From positions 1 to 19,983 of the forward strand of contig JBIJDH010000051.1 in NCBI GenBank assembly GCA_044344255.1: DNA of 19,983 bases, in the 5' to 3' direction. This document shows positions 17,098-19,983 of this stretch, in pieces. The stretch is from Myxococcota bacterium (GTDB lineage Bacteria; Myxococcota_A; UBA796; UBA2385). The first letter of the stretch is position 1. Every line of letters starts with the position of its first letter. Made by a program: the position numbers and the translations under genes. The notes beneath the pieces were generated by a model that searched no databases, was not told the DNA's origin, and saw only the letters and a list, made by a program, of their open reading frames with translations.

Positions 17098-17619
17098 GCC
17101 CTTCCTGGAGTTGCACGAGTAGCAGAGGGGCTGAATGTTGCCGATGTCGTTCCTGCCACCCTTCGAGATGGCCAAGACATGGTTCCTCGTGATCACAGAC
17201 TTCCGGTTCGGGGGCACGGGGATTTCTTTCCACTGACGGCCACAGTCGGGGTAGCACGGGTGCTTGGCGAGTACTTCGAGCCACTCCTCGGTCGTGAAGC
17301 TCCCCTCGGCTGCGAGCATCCGGGCACGCCTGCGTTGGGCGAACACGTTAATGTTACACGCTTTGCAGGCTGAGAAGAACGTCCCGTTGGACCTCCGCGT
17401 GAAGGAGTCGTTCGGCTTTGCCTGGCGGCAGAGGTAGCAGATTCGCTCAGTGGCCGTGTGGAGCTGGCGCTCCTTCTTCCCCCGTTGTCCTCCGTTCGTA
17501 AGGATGTCGTTGAGACAGGGCGAACACATGTCGTAGGTCTCGGAGTTCTTCTTCGCGATGAAGTCGGTGAGCGGCTGGTCCCGCCCGCATCGGTAGCACC
17601 GCTTCGTGGTCTCGGGCAT
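17089..17619 (-). CDS. HNH endonuclease with two N-terminal CxxC..CxxC zinc fingers
   Basis: CYRC..CSPC and CYLC..CKAC, then RRRAR...G.FT.EEW and T.NHV.AISKGG.N.I.NIQPLC..CNS.KG. ATG 17619 has GGAG upstream. Confidence 0.88.
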   Translation of the reverse strand: MPETTKRCYRCGRDQPLTDFIAKKNSETYDMCSPCLNDILTNGGQRGKKERQLHTATERICYLCRQAKPNDSFTRRSNGTFFSACKACNINVFAQRRRARMLAAEGSFTTEEWLEVLAKHPCYPDCGRQWKEIPVPPNRKSVITRNHVLAISKGGRNDIGNIQPLCYSCNSRKGDR

Positions 17620-17715
17620 TGGCAATCTCCAGCTCCTGTCAGCTTCCGGGCTCATCGCCGACTTGTCGGAGGTATCAGGTCGGGGTGGGCGGCGCGGCCC
17701 GAACCCCCGACCCTA

Positions 17716-17762
17716 CAGCGCTCATCGGAAGTAGTCCGGGGTGTGCTCATCTGAAGTAGTCC
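17716..17762. repeat. Tandem 18-bp repeats, probably the eroded end of a different IS21-type element
   Basis: GCTCATCGGAAGTAGTCC (17720-17737) and GCTCATCTGAAGTAGTCC (17745-17762) are 17/18 identical with a 25-bp period. No intact TGT terminus is present. Confidence 0.5.
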
Positions 17763-18037
17763 ACCCATAGTCGGGACCTTGGGGCTCGAGTGGTGAGGGC
17801 TTCTCTTGGACGAAACCGCTGCGCGGTGGCGGGCGGTGGTGTGGGCGAAGTCGTGCTGAACGAAGGGTGGCGGCAGCGCGACCGGTTTGCGGAGGCGCTG
17901 TCACGGCGCTCCGGCCCAGGGGCCCGGGCGACCACCCACCCTGTCAACAGCCCCCGGGTTGTTCGCCCGGGGGAACAGGGACACATCCCTCCCCGTTGGC
18001 CAACCACGTCGCAACTCCGGACTTCGATCGCTGCTTC

Positions 18038-18206
18038 TGTCAAGGGGCGCCTCGTGAGATCACGATAGGGGCGGCCAAACTGATCGGGTGATCGAGGCGC
18101 GAGCCGGCGAGCAGCTCGAGCACACCGCGGAGGCGCATTCGGCGGAGCGCCGCGGGGCGATCGGCGGCCTGGGCCATCGTACTGCGGGGCGGCCAAACTG
18201 ACCGCG
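18038..18206. mobile_element. Third IS21-family-like terminus (body to the right)
   Basis: TGTCA at 18038, repeat GGGGCGGCCAAACTGATC at 18068-18085 (30 bp in) and a second copy at 18186-18203. The spacer is homologous to the reverse complement of about 15482-15622. Confidence 0.7.
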
Positions 18207-18581
18207 TGGCGTGGGCTGGAGGCCGCCGTCCGCGCCCTCCGATGCCCCGGCACCCTCCCCCACGACATCAAGGCCGAGCTCGACGCCCAGGCCGCCCGCC
18301 TCATGGCGGGCCGAAGTGGACAGGCGGTCGGCCAGAGCCCTGGTCCGTAGTGCCTGAACGTCGTCGAGAAGATGGCCGGCGGCGGACATCGGCTCGGGCC
18401 GGACGTGGCCCCAGGTCCGAGCGCCCGCGTTTCCCCCAGGGGGAGCCGGCCGTGCAGACCTGGCCGACCGAGGCACCACGCAAATGCCGATTGCAGCGGA
18501 CTGGTCGCCAGACGGCCCGGGCGTGGGCTTCGTCCGCCTGGTGATGGATCGGGATTTCGGGGGCATCGGGGCTCTCCGTGG

Positions 18582-18635
18582 TACCCCACAACGTCACCTG
18601 CCCCCAGGTCTTTGGAATGGGGTCAGGGCGAGGAT
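18582..18635 (+). repeat. Dispersed 54-bp repeat, copy 2
   Basis: TACCCCACAACGTCACCTGCCCCCAGGTCTTTGGAATGGGGTCAGGGCGAGGAT; see copy 1. Confidence 0.85.
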
Positions 18636-19005
18636 GTACGCTCTGATGACCGTTCGGGGCGGCACCACCAAAGATGTGTTCCGTACCTACGTCGTGGAGG
18701 TACTCGCTCCCGAGCTGCGCGCCGGCGAGGTGGTCGTTCTCGACAACCTCGCCGCCCACAAGGACGAGCGGGCACGTAAGATAATCGAAGGAAAAAGAGC
18801 GAAGCTCATCTTCCTCCCTCCCGACTCATCGGAGCTCAACCCCATCGAGCTCGCATGGTCTTGGGTGAAGGTTTGGCTGAAGACCTGTCGCACTCGCACC
18901 GAGGACGGCGTCAATAACGCTCTCGCGAATGCCATGAATCTTCTGACCAGCGAATTCGCGTCAGGATACATCCGTCACTGCGGCTTCGCCGGTCAACCCA
19001 AGTGA
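18636..19005 (+). pseudogene. IS630-family transposase C-terminal fragment (DDE_3)
   Basis: F..YV.EVLAP.L..G.VVVLDNL.AHK and FLPPDSSELNPIE.AW..VK (degenerate LPPYSP.LNPIE), ending in HCGF. The HTH and first catalytic Asp are absent. Confidence 0.9.
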
Positions 19006-19018
19006 GCGGCGCAGTGAG

Positions 19019-19090
19019 GAGCTGGATGCGGGAAATCCGCACGTCCGGATCTGTGGGGGGCCAGGGAGGTAACTCCCCGGTCCACCCGAC
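19019..19090 (+). ncRNA. Group II intron 3' remnant (domains V and VI)
   Basis: D5 is GAGCTGGATGCGG-GAAA-TCCGCACGTCCGGATC, with the AGC triad and a GAAA loop. D6 has a GGGAG-GTAA-CTCCC stem, a bulged A in GTCC-A-CCC and a terminal AC at 19089-19090. Confidence 0.88.
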
Positions 19091-19230
19091 CACGAGCTCA
19101 GCCAGCGGCTTCTCCGTCCAGAATCACGCGAGGCCATCTGACTCAGATCGTCGTGCTCACAGTGATTGGAACGGGCCGAGAAACCAGCTACCGCCCCATA
19201 TGACGTCGCCGACCGGGGAACGCCTGGGTT

Positions 19231-19632
19231 CTACTTCGTCCTCGAACGAATGGTCTCGTCTGTCCTTCCCCGCTCGAAATGCTTGCTGATCGTGTGAGCA
19301 AGGGCCGATCGGCTCTGTCGAGGCGATGTTCCGATGCCAGCGCGCTGGGCAATCTCCAGCAGGACGGCTCGATCAAAGGTGCGCTCGTCAGCAAAACGCC
19401 TGTCCAGTTCGGCCGCTGGGAGCCTCGAAAGCTCCTGTAAGAACGCTTCGTCTACGGCAAGACGCGAAGCTGAATGTTCCCGGACTTGGCGATCGTTCGC
19501 AATGTCCCCACCGAGCTTTCGCGCCGCCGGTGCCAAGCGCCGCAGGCCGTCGGCGAGGTCGACGCCCTGGGGGAAGGCATCCAGCAAATCCGCCGCCGCC
19601 CTAAGGATCTTCGATACTTCCCGCGGGCTCAT
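19231..19632 (-). CDS. Hypothetical protein (133 aa) with a possible Rho-N/HeH-like C-terminal motif
   Basis: ATGA overlap with the upstream ParA-like stop. Contains LLEIAQRAGI..S.R.SRS.L..TI. Confidence 0.6.
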   Translation of the reverse strand: MSPREVSKILRAAADLLDAFPQGVDLADGLRRLAPAARKLGGDIANDRQVREHSASRLAVDEAFLQELSRLPAAELDRRFADERTFDRAVLLEIAQRAGIGTSPRQSRSALAHTISKHFERGRTDETIRSRTK

Positions 19633-19858
19633 GGGCTGAGCCTTGTGAGGAGTTCGTCGACCACTACCTTGAACATGGCCGACTGCTTCTCGGCATTCTG
19701 CCGCCCGCGGGGGAGGGCGTCGACGCTGTAGACTGGGAAGTTGACCGATGCTGCGGCCGAGATGCCGTCGCCATCGGTGATATAGTGGCTGAACACGCTA
19801 CCCGGATGCTGCGCCTTTGTGCTCCGAATGAATTCGCGGTGTGTGGTCTTCGGACCCC
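19629..19858 (-). pseudogene. ParA/Soj-family ATPase C-terminal part, interrupted by ISAs1
   Basis: Not in the ORF track. Manual translation gives GPKTTHREFIRSTKAQHPGSVFSHYITDGDGISAAASVNFPVY...AEKQSAMFKVVVDELLTRLSP*, which fits the ParA C-terminal VF..I....I..A....PV...F..L..E pattern. Confidence 0.6.
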
Positions 19859-19983
19859 CAGGGCGATCGCATCTAAACGTCCCATTTATCCGCCAATTAC
19901 TTTGAGCAGGTATTCGTTGTCCCAGCCCGCCCTCATGCGCTTCGTCTTCACGCCGACCTTCCGCGAGGTCTCCTGCTTGAGGA
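19859..19983 (-). mobile_element. ISAs1-family element: right end and transposase C-terminus (stop codon at 19886-19888)
   Basis: Minus-strand frame LKQETSRKVGVKTKRMRAGWDNEYLLKVIGG* matches the ISAs1 C-terminal KR.RAGWD..YL.KV motif, followed by the terminal repeat TTAGATGCGATCGCCCTG. Confidence 0.85.

Noticed and set aside
17790..18580. Short ORFs as an IstA N-terminus or other genes
   Set aside because: No HTH or DDE motifs are recognisable, and the frames are short and Arg/Pro-rich, so this was treated as debris.

Overview
GC-rich accessory region that reads as a defence island or mobile element being eroded by insertion sequences. From left to right: an IS21-type transposon end (1-125) cuts off the catalytic domain of a large serine recombinase gene. 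The 3' end of that gene overlaps an attP-like 52-bp site and a minus-strand terminator. Next is a complete, translationally coupled type II Wadjet (jetABCD, TIGR02677/02678/02680/02679-like) anti-plasmid SMC operon (2075-9997). The patchwork that follows contains an internally deleted IS66, a PD-(D/E)XK-like gene, a two-gene hypothetical operon, a DUF1016-N-like gene followed by a 16-bp palindrome, a frameshifted lipoprotein and two convergent HNH-type genes between two more IS21-type ends. The right end holds an IS630 remnant, the D5/D6 3' end of a group II intron, and a ParA-like gene plus small partner interrupted by an ISAs1 element. All family assignments come from motif recognition by eye; no database searches were run.
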